From the NCBI GenBank assembly GCA_002269645.1, contig NIVC01003604.1:24472-88471 (forward strand): a DNA stretch of 64,000 bases, given 5' to 3'. Source of the DNA: Macrostomum lignano (lineage: Eukaryota). A program made the position numbers and the translations under genes. The notes beneath the pieces are model-generated. The model was not told the DNA's origin, ran no database searches, and saw only the letters and a list, made by a program, of their open reading frames with translations. Shown piece by piece: positions 37,441 through 52,798 of this stretch. Every line of letters begins with the position of its first letter. Position 1 is the stretch's first letter.

Positions 37441-38325
37441 TAACCACCTAAGCATCCACTATTGGCATCGACATATGGAGCAAACGGCAGGCCTTTCGGC
37501 AAAGCATTGGCTCTCAAGTGTCGCACTCTCCTTCAGTTTGGAAGGACAGTTTAGACGAAGTCTCAAATCCTCAATTCGCAAGTCGTCCAGTTGCTCAGTT
37601 GTAAATGCATCGCATGGGTATAGGAATAGGACTGCTCTATAAAACTTAAAGTTGGTACCCAAGAGGAAGCCTACTTCTTTATTTTTAAGTGAAATATTTC
37701 ACGATAACTCTAGTCACATTTGAACCTACCTAACGCATTCCAAACACAGGAACTGAAAGAAACACCGCGAAAAATTGCATAATGTATCAGAAAATTAGCA
37801 AATTATACAGTTCGTTTATTTTTTAGCTAAAATAGTAGATCAAATATGGAAAAACATATTTTAGCGCAGAAAACAACAAATAGCATAAAATTTGGCACGT
37901 CTAAGGTTTCAGGAAGAAAAGAATCACAGTATGCAATTTTTTAAAAAATTGTTGATTGCACTTCTCGTATTCATTTCTGAACTGAATTTCCAAATTTCGA
38001 GAAATTCCTCAAGCTCAAAAAATCAGTCTTCTAATTTAAATAAAAAATTATTTGTTAAAAAGTAATCACAGCTCTACCGATACGAGTGAAAATTTTCTGG
38101 AAGATTTAAACGGAAAAATACTCATAAAATGCATCAGGCAAGCAGTCTTATGGCATTATACATGTAAATTAGTCACAGCACATAAAGCAAGTTTATCTTG
38201 GTACTCGAAGTAAACAAAATTATACTCTTCAAGCAAAAACTGCGTGCCGGATAAACCGTACTGACTACTGATAATAGATGTACAAAGACAGCATTAGAAT
38301 TATAAAATGAAGTCAAATGAACAAC

Positions 38326-39773
38326 TTACACAGCGTCAAAAAAGCTTACAATGTAATTATCACGAATGTATAATGAACTTAAATAATTATACACACTAAG
38401 CTTATAAATGCCAATCGATTTTAAATTTTGACACACCACCAGCAGTTTAGGGCTTCCATCAACGATTGCCAAGCCCAATGGGTTGTCAAGTTTTCTTCCA
38501 CCACTGCCAGTCTGACCTTCGACTGCGACAGTCCGCAGCACAGTGCAGTCACTCTGCACCAAACGAACCACATGCCCTGAACTCTCGCTGACAAACAGCA
38601 GACCTGACCGATGAGCCGCGACACCAACAGGTCCACGAAACTTTTCAAGAGGGCTTCGCTTAGTAGGGTAGGCTGAGATCAGCTGACCGCTGGTGACACA
38701 TTGTAGAGCTTGCCACCTTCATAGTCAGTGAGCAGCAGTGCGTTGTCAATTACAGACATGCCCTCGACATATTTACCAGAGGAACTAATACCAACCAAGT
38801 TAATTCTGGCCAGCAGCTGACCGCTGTCTTTATCGATGCACAGCACTGACCATTCTGGTTTGCCGTTGCTCAAAGCAAATATCTTGTCAGAGCTGCAGGC
38901 CAAGGAAAAAGTTGACTGGCCCTCCTAGGTTGCTCGAGTTGAAGACCTGCGTTACGCAGCCGCTCAGGGCCGTCACCTTTACTTCATCAAACTGAGCGAC
39001 ATAAAGAGTGTGTCGCTTGCTGTCACAGCAGAGTCCTACAACAGTTTTTGAGGTATCAATGTAGAGCTGCAGCCCGGCTTTCACTAAGCCCTCGATTGAG
39101 CAGGCAAGGTGGTTTATCTTATCATTAAGATGAAAACTAATGAAGAGACACGGCTATGGCAGCTCTCTGTCAGGGCCCTGTTTGACCACATTGCTCTGAG
39201 AATCCACGTAAAAGCCTTGCGTGTTTCTGCATGATGACACATAATATATGGAGAACCCGGCAGATCTTTTATCATAGATTGAAACTCACAGATTGGCTGA
39301 TCTGCACTAAGAGACTCTGCTGACTCGCACAGCTGCATCACATCACTCAGGTGTTTGTCAATCAGCAGCTGCAAGTCTCTCACACAGCCGCTCACATCGC
39401 CTACAGTCCTTCCAGTGCCTCGCTCAGAGTCTTCGGTAATAGACGTGCCAAATACCATCTGTAACTCGTTACTCTCAATATCGAATGCGCCAGAAATCTC
39501 AAACAGTTGAGATTTCAGCGAGTCCACAGCCGACTCAAACAGCTTCTCAGTCTCTTGCAGCTCAGCTGACAGAGCTTGCTGTTGCATCCGAAAGTCTTTC
39601 TGCAATTTCAGCAATGGCTTCAGCTTTTTCTGAATATTTTTGCATAGATCTCGCACAATTTCTATGTCCTGCTCAATGTGTTTCTCACACAATGGCTGTA
39701 GGATTCGAATACCAGTGCCACATGCGGGATCGTTGCAGCATTTGATAAAACAAGAAGTGCTCGGTTCGGACAT
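38326..39773 (-). pseudogene. Full-length but disrupted NHL-like gene (copy 4)
   Basis: Split across ORFs 39114-39773, 38887-39084, 38679-38903 and 38326-38571 by frameshifts. An internal deletion removes most of the coiled coil (AVDSL joins to KSQLFEIS). Confidence 0.88.
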
Positions 39774-41455
39774 TTAGTTGCAACTGAAAAAAAGATATTA
39801 TAGTAAAATTTAATACATAAATCAGAAAACCATTTCTTGACGCAAAGCTAACTTGTATGAATAATTACTTCTGAAATCTGCAAACTCTAGTTAATGACCC
39901 TACAAAGGCAATGCGAGAGTGATCTAATGAGAGGGTAATTCACAAGTTTATAAAGTTATATTTGAAGCATCTAACTATGCTTGCGCACAGATATTTCAAT
40001 TCTGGATTCAAAACCAAGTATCACTAGGGATTTAAACTTGCATGGTACTTTGGTATTATTGGTCTCAATCCTTCTATCCATGGCACTGGGTGCTTTAAAC
40101 AGAGATCTACAGTTTTCTACTCTTGGGGACTAAGTTTTGTCTTGACACTAAAACAAATAACAGATAAATAAATATGCGGTGGGCTTCACAGATACTAAAA
40201 AACAAGATGTGTTATTCAGGAAAAACACCAATTTACTCGTACTTCTTTTTAGTAGTTACGTTTGCGTATTTTGCCTTTATGATAGTAATGTATATAATCA
40301 TTGAATTTTACAAAATATTTAAAGTTTTCGAATCTGCAACAATTGCCATCGTCTCTTTAAAATCAAACCCGAATCCAATGCGTGCATAGCGAGCAAGAGA
40401 GAAAGAGGTGGCGTTCAAGCCCACAGCCAGGCCGATAACAGTTTGGCTTTCCTCTTGCCCGCTTTTGTCTGACTTTGACACTCCTTACTGCCCTCTCATT
40501 GGCTGGGCCAGATTGGGCCTGTCCTATAGACTGATTTTCGTTCTTCTTGCGTTCACTTGCGTACATCGAGTTAAATGCCTGTTGTTCATTCTTAACCATA
40601 TGCTTACGAAAACCACCAACCCAGGGAAAGGAGAAAATTTTAGCTGCCACAATAAATTTAAGTGACACTGCGCAGAAAAACTACTGAATGAAGAGTAGAC
40701 GCTCTACTATTTCACAAGTTTAATTGCGAGTGGCATGTTGACTTATTCTAGTATCTGTGAAGGGATAAGAGACTTCGGGAACCTAAAAAAGCTGGATAAT
40801 AAGAGGATGAACGCCAGACAGCAATTTGTGACTATCGAAAATATGCATCAGCAAAAATAAATTTTACTACCGTGGGCTGGTAGGATAAAGTTTTTACAAG
40901 TCAATAACACTTCAAAAACAAAACAAAAACAAACACTGTCAAAAACACTTCATCAAATATCTAATCTAAATTAAACTTCGGGAAAATCAATCTAAGACTC
41001 TCTATGCTCATCATGCAATGCTGGTTTGCCAATTGACAAGAACTGTCTCAATCAAGTCAAACTAAAATAGTACGGTTAGCTCATTATTAGCAGTGATAAA
41101 TCTGTCTAAAGAATTGTTTGCTCACTCAAATTGGTTGCAAGTGACCTTAAATATTTTCGTCAGTTGCTTTTTTAAACTTTAAGAGCTACGCGTATTATAT
41201 AAAGCACATATATATGCATGTACACACTGGTGACACGAGTCTCCCGTTGTTAGTCTGAAGTCACATTCGAAACTCCCCAAAAGCGATAATAGCTGGTGCA
41301 AAAATGCTGCATCATATTGGAAACGAACTAAACGAAAAGCTTACTCGTAAGAACCAACTATAAAAAACTTAAAAATGATGAAACAGAATCAATAACAGTA
41401 AAGCCAAACAGGCGAGCGAAACAAGACTAGTTACGACCACAAAAAGACTAGATAG

Positions 41456-42783
<1,328 letters not shown>

Positions 42784-43588
42784 TTACATTTGAACCTAAC
42801 TAATGGATTCCAAACACAGAAACTAAAATAACAGCTTAAGACATTTGATAACCTTATCAGGAAATTAGCAAATTTTCAATAGTTCGTATATTCCTTGTCG
42901 AAAGACTTTTTAGCAACAATAGACGATCAAATATAGAACAGGTTTCAGCGCAGAAAACAACAAATAGCATAAAATGTGGCAACACTGATGTATCTGAAGA
43001 AAAAAGCCAGAAAGTTGGCAGTTTATTAAAATTTTTGATTGCCCTACTCGTATTAATGTTTAAAATAAAATTCCTAATTTCGAATAATTCCTCCAGCCCT
43101 ATAACAGAATGCTATATTTAGATTAGTATGATAAATTTTGTTATACTTACAATTAAAAAATTAAAATTTCGAGAAGGTCCAACTCAGCCTTCGAATTTGA
43201 ATAAAAAGTAATTTGCTAAAAAGGAATCATAGCCTTGTTTCTAAGAGTGAAAAATTGAACAGAAGAAAAATATAAATCAGGTAATCAAAGTGTTAATCAG
43301 TCACTATAAATTTTAGTCACAACACATAAAGTAAGTATCTTGGTACTAAAGCAAAATAAAAATTGATTTCCACTCGGAGTAAAATCAGTATATAAAATTA
43401 AAAAATAGCTTTTCAAATAATTGCGTGCCGGATGAACCGAAAAATAACTGCTGACTACTCATAATACTACTAATACAGCATTAGAATACTAATGAAGTGT
43501 TAAAAAAACATTAAATGTGAATAAAAAATAACTAACACCATGTCAAACAGCCTTCACAACCGCAAATTTATCCCGATGAACTTAAAAA

Positions 43589-45109
43589 TCACACAGTAAA
43601 AGTATAAAAACTAATTGATTTTAAATTTTGACACACCACCAGCAGCTTGGGGCTTCCTTCGATGATCGTCAAGCCCAATGGGTTGTCAAGTTTTCTTCCG
43701 CAAATGCCAGTCTGACCCTCCACTGCGACAGTCTGCAGCACAGTGCCGTCACTTTGCATCAAACGAACCACATGCCCTGAACGCTCGCTGACAAACAGCA
43801 GACCCGACGGATGAACCGCGACACCAACAGTTCCACGAAACTTCTCCAGAGGACTTCGCTTGGTCGGGTAGGTCGTAATCAGCTGACCGCTGGCGATGCA
43901 CACTTTGTAGAGCTTGCCACCGGCATAGTCAGTGAGCAGCAGCGTATTGTCGATTACAGACATGCCCTCGACATATTTACCAGAGGGACTGGCTCCAATC
44001 AAGGAAATTTTAGTCTGCAGCTGACCGCTGTCTTTATCGATGCACAGCACTGACCATTCTGGGTTGCCTTGGCTCAAAGCAAATATCTTGTCAGAGCTGC
44101 AGGTCAAGGCAAAAAAGTTGACTGGCTGTCCCAGGCTGCTCGAGTTGAAAACCTGCGCCACGAAGCCGCTCAGGTCCGTCACCTTCACTGCGTCAAACTG
44201 AGCAACAAAAAGACTCTGTCGCTTGCTGTCACAGCAGAGCCCTACAACAGTTTTTGAGACATCAATGTCGAGCTGTAGCTGCGCTTTCACTAAGCCGTCG
44301 ACTGAGCAGGCAAGAAGGTGGTTTATCTTATCATTAGGATGAAAACTAACGAAGAGACACGGCTGTGGCAGCTCTCTGTCAGTCGGATCGTTGACCACCT
44401 TGCTCTGAGAGTCCACGTAAAAGTCTTGCGTGTTACTGCATGATGTCACATAGAAAGGAGAACCCGGCAGATCTTTAATTTCAGACTGAAACTCACAGAT
44501 TGGCTTTTCTGCGGTAAGAGGCTTTTCTGACTCGCACAGCTGCATCACATCACTCAGGTGTCTGTCAATCAGCAGCTGCAAGTCCCTCACACAGCCGCTC
44601 ACATCGCCCACAGTCCTTCCAGTGCATCGCTCAGAGTCTTCGTTAGACGCCGTGCCACACGTCGTCTGCAACTCTTCACTCTTTATATCTAACGCGTTAG
44701 AAATTTCAAACATCTTATTGAAGTCATTGTGCTCTTCTGCTTCCGTCACTTCTCGCTCATACTCCTGCAGAGCGGACAACTGCTGCAGATTCTGCAACAC
44801 GCTGTCGTGTCTCTCAGTCAGTCGCTTTGTCACAGCTGCCTTCCACTTCATCAGCGAGTCCACAGCCGACTCAAACAGTTCCTCAGTCTCTTGCAGCTCA
44901 ACTGACAGAGCTTGCTGCTGCATCCGAAATATGGTTTGCAATTTCAGCAAGGGCTTCATCTTTGTATGTAAATTCTTGTGCAGCTCACGCACCCTGTGCC
45001 TGTCTTGTTCGAGATGTCTTTCACACAGTGGCTGACGTATTCGAGCACCGCTGCCAGACACAGGATCGGTGCAGCCTTTGATAAAGCAGGAAGTGGTTGG
45101 CTCCGACAT
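43589..45109 (-). CDS. Cys/His finger - coiled coil - NHL-type propeller protein, copy 6, intact, 506 aa
   Basis: Uninterrupted ORF colinear with copies 1 and 3. Confidence 0.85.
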   Translation of the reverse strand: MSEPTTSCFIKGCTDPVSGSGARIRQPLCERHLEQDRHRVRELHKNLHTKMKPLLKLQTIFRMQQQALSVELQETEELFESAVDSLMKWKAAVTKRLTERHDSVLQNLQQLSALQEYEREVTEAEEHNDFNKMFEISNALDIKSEELQTTCGTASNEDSERCTGRTVGDVSGCVRDLQLLIDRHLSDVMQLCESEKPLTAEKPICEFQSEIKDLPGSPFYVTSCSNTQDFYVDSQSKVVNDPTDRELPQPCLFVSFHPNDKINHLLACSVDGLVKAQLQLDIDVSKTVVGLCCDSKRQSLFVAQFDAVKVTDLSGFVAQVFNSSSLGQPVNFFALTCSSDKIFALSQGNPEWSVLCIDKDSGQLQTKISLIGASPSGKYVEGMSVIDNTLLLTDYAGGKLYKVCIASGQLITTYPTKRSPLEKFRGTVGVAVHPSGLLFVSERSGHVVRLMQSDGTVLQTVAVEGQTGICGRKLDNPLGLTIIEGSPKLLVVCQNLKSISFYTFTV

Positions 45110-45511
45110 TGAGTTGGAACTGAAAATACTTTAAAATAATGAAAAATACTTATCCTGTGAAAATACTGAAAAACTTTTAACAAAGCCAAAAATGCCATAT
45201 TTAAGTTGATATGATGCGAGAGGGACCAAATGACGTAAGTCACAACTTTAAAGTTACTTTTGAAACCATATAACTTGCTTACAAACGGAAACTTCAATTT
45301 TGCGGTCAGACCCAGATGAATAGGCAATTTAAATTTGTACGGGACTATGGTATTAATGGCATCGATAATTGTATCTATAGCACTGGTGTGTTTAGGACAA
45401 AGCTTTGCCTAGCTCTTCATTTTGTACGCTGTCTGCATCAAGGATGAATAAATAGATTAGATTGCTCCTATGAGCCCATTTCTGATGATGGGGGAAATAT
45501 TTTAAATATGG

Positions 45512-46124
45512 TGTTGCTCGTCTGGTCTCTCATCCCTATGGGTCTATGTCTACTTCAAGTTTCATTGTGAGAGCCAAATAACTGAGGCGGCGGATTCAAC
45601 TGACTTTTCCTGATAATGCAAACACTTGACCGTTGTATTTGATGGTCACAATCTTGAGATGTTATCTTACAAAAAAGAATGTCTAAGATGGAATTCCAAA
45701 TAAGAAGCTCGTTCGGTTCAAGCTACAATGGGTTCTTGTTGTTTGGGGTGAACCGAAGGTTCAGTCTGTTGTGGAGTGTGGGTTGATTGTTAGTTTGGTT
45801 TCAATAGATTAATTTATCAGTTTTGGTATTCGGGTTGAGACCCTAACTGTTTCAATCAAAGGTAATTCTTAGATAGCTAACAAAAGCTAAAAGAGGGGAG
45901 AAAAAAAGAGAGGGGCAAAAAGAGGCGAGCTTCTTGCTTGGTTGACATGGGCTTTTATAGTACTTTTCAGTCTTGATCGCATTGGGTGGTACTTAGCTAC
46001 TTTTCATTGGTTGGGGTCGTGTCCTCAGCTTTTGCTAGTTGGAGCGCATTCATTGGTTAAAATACATTGAATCTGGATGAGAACTTTTAGGGCCAAAATG
46101 TGTCACTTCAGGGGCGCTGCAATA
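45512..46124 (-). mobile_element. Possible solo LTR
   Basis: ~610-bp insertion absent from paralogous units (~36350, ~53650). Ends TGTTGC...GCAATA; several CCAAT boxes and CTATAAAAG on the minus strand. No clean TSD. Confidence 0.35.
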
Positions 46125-47776
46125 GGCTGGCTTAAGGATTTTTGACACTTTAAACATGGGAATTTTACAATCGGAAAGGTTTGGAGACAGCTTGTGACAG
46201 AGTGAAATTCAGGGAAGCATAGTCATTCAAGTTTTTTCTGCAGCTTCTTTGCAGAATTGGGAACACCATAACGGCTGGCATCTTTTAGCAGGGCACTAAT
46301 GTCAGCTTGCACAAGAGTGTGCTGCCTTCTGCTGTTGTGTCATATTCGCTTTCTCGCGCTCTGCCACAACCTGCCGCTGTTCGTCCAGCTCTGACTGCAT
46401 CTTTGCCTTTGCCATTTGTTTCTTTTTTAGCACCAGGTCGCAAGCCTTGACACGAGCAGCAAAGACAGATGCAAGCAATGTGGGGTTGATCTTCACTGCT
46501 GCCAAACTAATATTAGTTACTTGGTGAAAAAAGCTTAAGCCAAGTCTGAACTGTTAGGAGCGAATCGAGGCATTGCTATTTGGAACAAACAACAGGCATT
46601 TTGGCCAAGCATTGTTAACTTATGATAGCTGTGAGATTATCAAGCTGAGACCAGAAAATGTCATGAGTCGAACTCTTGGACAAGTGGACATAGCCTTAGC
46701 AACAGGTAGGACTGTTCTATTAAAATTGAAGTTGAAGTTGGTACCCAGGAAGAAATTTCGGTCAAGGAAGCAAAAACTGTCTAGCAGCAGGCACTTAAAC
46801 AGCCGACTGGAACAACCTTATTATAAAAGTCCCAGACATTCTTAAATAATGTGAAATACTTCACGCCAATCTTAGTTACCTTTAAACCTACCTAATGGAT
46901 TCCAAACACAGAAACTGAAAAAAGCACATTAAGACATTACATAACTTTATTGGCAAATCAGTCAATTGTTTGTATATTTCTTGTCAAAAGACATTTTAAT
47001 TAAAAAAGGGTGAATCAAACTTAAAAGAAAAACAATTAATGCGGAAAGACATAAAAAAACCATATATAGCCGCATGTATGGCAACACGCGGGGGATCAGA
47101 AAAAGAGAAAAGTCGAAAAGTTGGCAATTAATAGAATATTTTTGGCATTTGTGTGTATGAGTCGTGTGTATGAGTTCAATTTCCGAGAGTTGAGAAATTT
47201 TATCTCTTAATATCAGACATGCTGTATCGATTATTATGATAGATTTTGTTATACCGACTCAAAAATTTAAAATTTCCAAAAATCAAACTCATAGGCTTCT
47301 AATCCGAAATCCGAACAGTAATTAGCTAAAAATGGATCCAAAGCCTCGCTTTCACAAATAAAAAATCGATTGAATTTGAAAGAAAGACAAGCATATATGT
47401 AATTGCAGACAATAGCCCCTACGTATCTACAACACAGGGTTACGAAAGCATTCAATTCAAAGTATTTTAGTAAGTTAAAATAAAACTTAGTCGAAGGATA
47501 TGGATTTTTATTTGTAGTTACGTTGAAAAGAAATTGATTAAATCTGCGAAAAAGATATCATTGGTATACTTAAACGGCTCTATTAATGAAAATATTTGCG
47601 TCTATGATCAAGCTAAAACAAAATGACCACTCATAACAGTAGACTAGTAACTGGTACTATAAAAGTATGCGAATGCTCATGACCTGCCAAAAACGGCATT
47701 GAGGGTGGACAAAACAACAATTAACATACACGTCAAATAAGATTTGAAACCGTAGAGATGCGAATAAACTTTAAAA

Positions 47777-49393
<1,617 letters not shown>

Positions 49394-51184
49394 TTACGTA
49401 TTAAAACCTCCAAGAACCAAACATAGCTCAATCACAACCGAAATATGGTCAAAATCATACGGCGGTCACAACTTTAAGGTCACAACTATAAGGTCACAAC
49501 TACACGGTCACTTCAACACGGAATTTTACAATCAGAAGAGCTTGCAATTTTTTTTCTCTACACTAAAATAAAGAATTGCAGACGAAAATTGCTTCCAGTT
49601 TGAAGAGTCAAAGTAGCGCAGATAGGCACCATGTATTTAGGCAGTAAAAAATTCTGGTTGATGTGTGAAGATGCAAAACTGATACAAAACATGCAGTCGG
49701 ATCCAGAGATACGAAAATAACTGGATAAGCCACGCAAATAGAGCGTATCTACTCTTTTTATCAATTAAATTTGCATATTTTGCCTTCATAATAGTGCAGT
49801 CAAAATCAATTCAACTTTTGAAAATATATAGTTTTTGAAGCTGCAACAACCGTCGCTGGCTTTTTTATAAGTAGCGAGCAAGAAAGAAAAGGGTGGCGCC
49901 CCAGCCCACAGTCAGGCTAATAAACAGTTTGGGTTTAATCCTGCCCACTTGTGTCTGACCTCCCTCCTTACTGCCTTCTCATTGGCTGAGCTAGATTGGG
50001 CCTGCCCCCCAGGCTAAGTTTCGTCCAGCTTGCGTTCACTTGTATACATCGAGTTAAATGCTTTTGCTCATTCTTAACCCCCATACGCTTCTGAGGCCGT
50101 TATCCAAGAAAAAGGAGAGGACTTAAAGCTGCTGCCGCTATTAAATTTTAATGACACTGCGCAGACAATCTACTGAATATACAGTAGACGCTCTAGTATT
50201 TTACAAACTTAATTTTGAGTGGCATAACAGTTGTTCTGGCATCTGCGGTGGGATCGGATATTTCAGGAGTCGAAAACAGCTGGATAGAACAGGATGAAGT
50301 GCAGCGATTCCTCATTACCGAAAAATGCATTAATAGGAATCAAACTTTTTTAACGTGGGTTAGAATTAAGCTTTCTAAATGCTAATGTAAACACTTATTT
50401 CGTGGAATATTTCAGTCATCAAAATTTAGGAGTGCAACAGCGCAAAGTAGATACTCGTCGGCGATAAAAATCACGATTTGACACAGAAAAGCAATAAATG
50501 TGCTGCAAGCATAAAGTAATCAGCACTGTTGAGTAAACCATAACAGATACAAAACACTTTACTAGCGATTTTAGAAAATTTGGAGACTTTGACACTGACA
50601 CTCGAACAAAAAAACTTTACAAAAATCACAAACTGAGACTCCAATTGCTGGTAATGCAACCAATGACTTGCCAATTGACTAACGGAGTTGCCTGGGCTCT
50701 GAGGCGGCTTTCATTTAGTGTGCAATTGAATAATACGGCTAACCGCGCTGGATGTCAGTTGCGTAACTTGTAGTTAAGATCGGAGAGAAATCGCTCACTA
50801 GATCAGAGTGAAGACTTTTCAAGGTCCAGCAGTAGATATGCATACACTGGTTAGATTCACCCTCACCATGGTACACTTGCATATAAAGCATAGGGAATCT
50901 CGCATTGTTTGTCTGAAGTCTTGTTCGAATCGCCAAAAACGATAAGAGCTTGTGCAAAAATGCTCCATCATATAATTGCAAGCAAACTAAACGCAAAAAA
51001 ACAATTATGGAAACCAAAACTGGAAAACAGACTCCTTAACAGCTAAAGCGAGCGAGACATGATTAGCTATGAGCAAAAAAATAAAGTTTGTATGATTTCA
51101 CAGGAGACTTACATGTATATAATGCGCCGGGATACACAAACAGAAATGTTACCCTAGGTGACGGCCAGCAGATTACGGCTTCAT

Positions 51185-52798
51185 TCAATGATCGCCACCG
51201 CAACTACCAGCCGCACTGGTAAAATTACACAGTAAGCTTATAAATGCCAATTGCCTTTGCATCCTGACACACCGCCAGCAGCTTGGAGCTTCCTTCGATG
51301 ATCGCCAAGCCGAAAGGGTAATCATGTTTTCTTCCGCCACTGCCAGACTGACCCCGACTTCCACGGACTGCAGCACAATGCCGTCACTGCGCATCACACG
51401 AACCACATGCCCTTCGCTGACAAACAGCAGACCCGAGCGATGAGCTGCGACAGCAACAACTTCACGAAACTTATCAAGGCGACTTCGCATGGTCGGGTAG
51501 GTCGAGATTAGCTGACCGCTAGCGATGCACATTCTGTAGAGATTGTCAGCGGCACAGTCGGTTAGCAGCAGCGCGTTGTCGACTACAGACATACCCTCAA
51601 TGAATTTACCCGAGGGACTGACACCAACCAAAGTTATGTTGGTCTGCAGGTGACCGCTGTCTTTATCGATGCACAGCACTGACCATTCTGGGTTGCCTTT
51701 GCTCAAAGCAAATATCTTGTCAGAGCTGCAGGCCAAAGCAATAAGGTCAACTGGCTGTCCCAGGCTGCTCGAGTTCAAAACCTGCGTCACGCAGCCGCTC
51801 AGGTCCGTCACTTTCACTACATCAAACTGGGCGACATAAAGACTCTGTCGCTTGCTGTCACAGCAGAGTCCTACAACAGGTTTCAAGACATCAATGTCGA
51901 GCTGCAGCTGCGCTTTTATTAAGCCATCGACTGAGCAGGCAAGAAGGTAGTTTATCTTATCATTAGGATGAAAACCAACGAAAAGACACGGCTGTGGCAG
52001 CTCTCTGTCAGTGACCTCCTTGACCACCTTGCTCTGAGAATCCACGTAAAAGCCTTGCGTGTTGCTGCATGATGACACATGGAGAGAGGAACCCGGCAGA
52101 TGTTTAATTTCAGACTGAAACTCACAGATTGGCTTTTCTGCACTAAAAGGCTCTGCTGACTCGCACAACTGCATCACATCAATCAGGTGTCTGTCAATTG
52201 GCAGCTGCAAGTCCCTCACACAGCCGCTCACATCGCTCACAGTCCTTCCAGTGCCTCGGAAGGACTGTGGGCGACAGTCCAGTCGTGCCACAGTCGTGCC
52301 ACCAATAGGTGCCACGACTATTAACTCCTTGTTAATAGTCGTGCCACCTGCTATCTGCAACTCTTCACTCTCAATATCGAATGCGCTGGAAATCTCAAAC
52401 ATTTTATTGAAGTCATTGTGCTTTTCTGCTTCCGTCACTTCTCGCTCATACTCCTGTAGAGTGGACAACTGCTGCAGATTCTGCAACACGCTGTCGTGTC
52501 TCTCAGTCAGTCGCTTTGTCACAGCTGCCTTCCACTTCATCAGCGAGTCCACAGCCGACTCAAACAGTTCCTCAGTCTCTTGCAGCTCAACTGACATAGC
52601 TTGCTGCTGCATCCGAAAGTCTTTCTGCAATTCCGACAAAGTTTTCAGTTTGGTCTGTAAATTCTTGTGCAACTCACGCACCCTGTGCCTGTCCTGTTCG
52701 AGATGTCTTTCACACATTGGCTGACGGATTCGAGCACCGGTGCCAGACACAGGATCGGTGCAGCCTTTGATAAAGCAGGAAGTGGTCGGCTTCGACAT
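51185..52798 (-). pseudogene. NHL-like gene with a 20-aa linker insertion and a 1-nt frameshift in the last blade (copy 8; may still be translated)
   Basis: 537-aa ORF is colinear until SVEV, then shifts frame at ~51352. The normal tail ([21 protein letters not shown]) is present in the alternative frame. Confidence 0.75.

Noticed and set aside
40363-40668. 101-aa ORF with a Cys/His tail in the conserved spacer-B block
   Set aside because: The homologous blocks at ~49860-50160 and ~54030-54130 do not keep the frame; more likely non-coding (CCAAT-containing) sequence.
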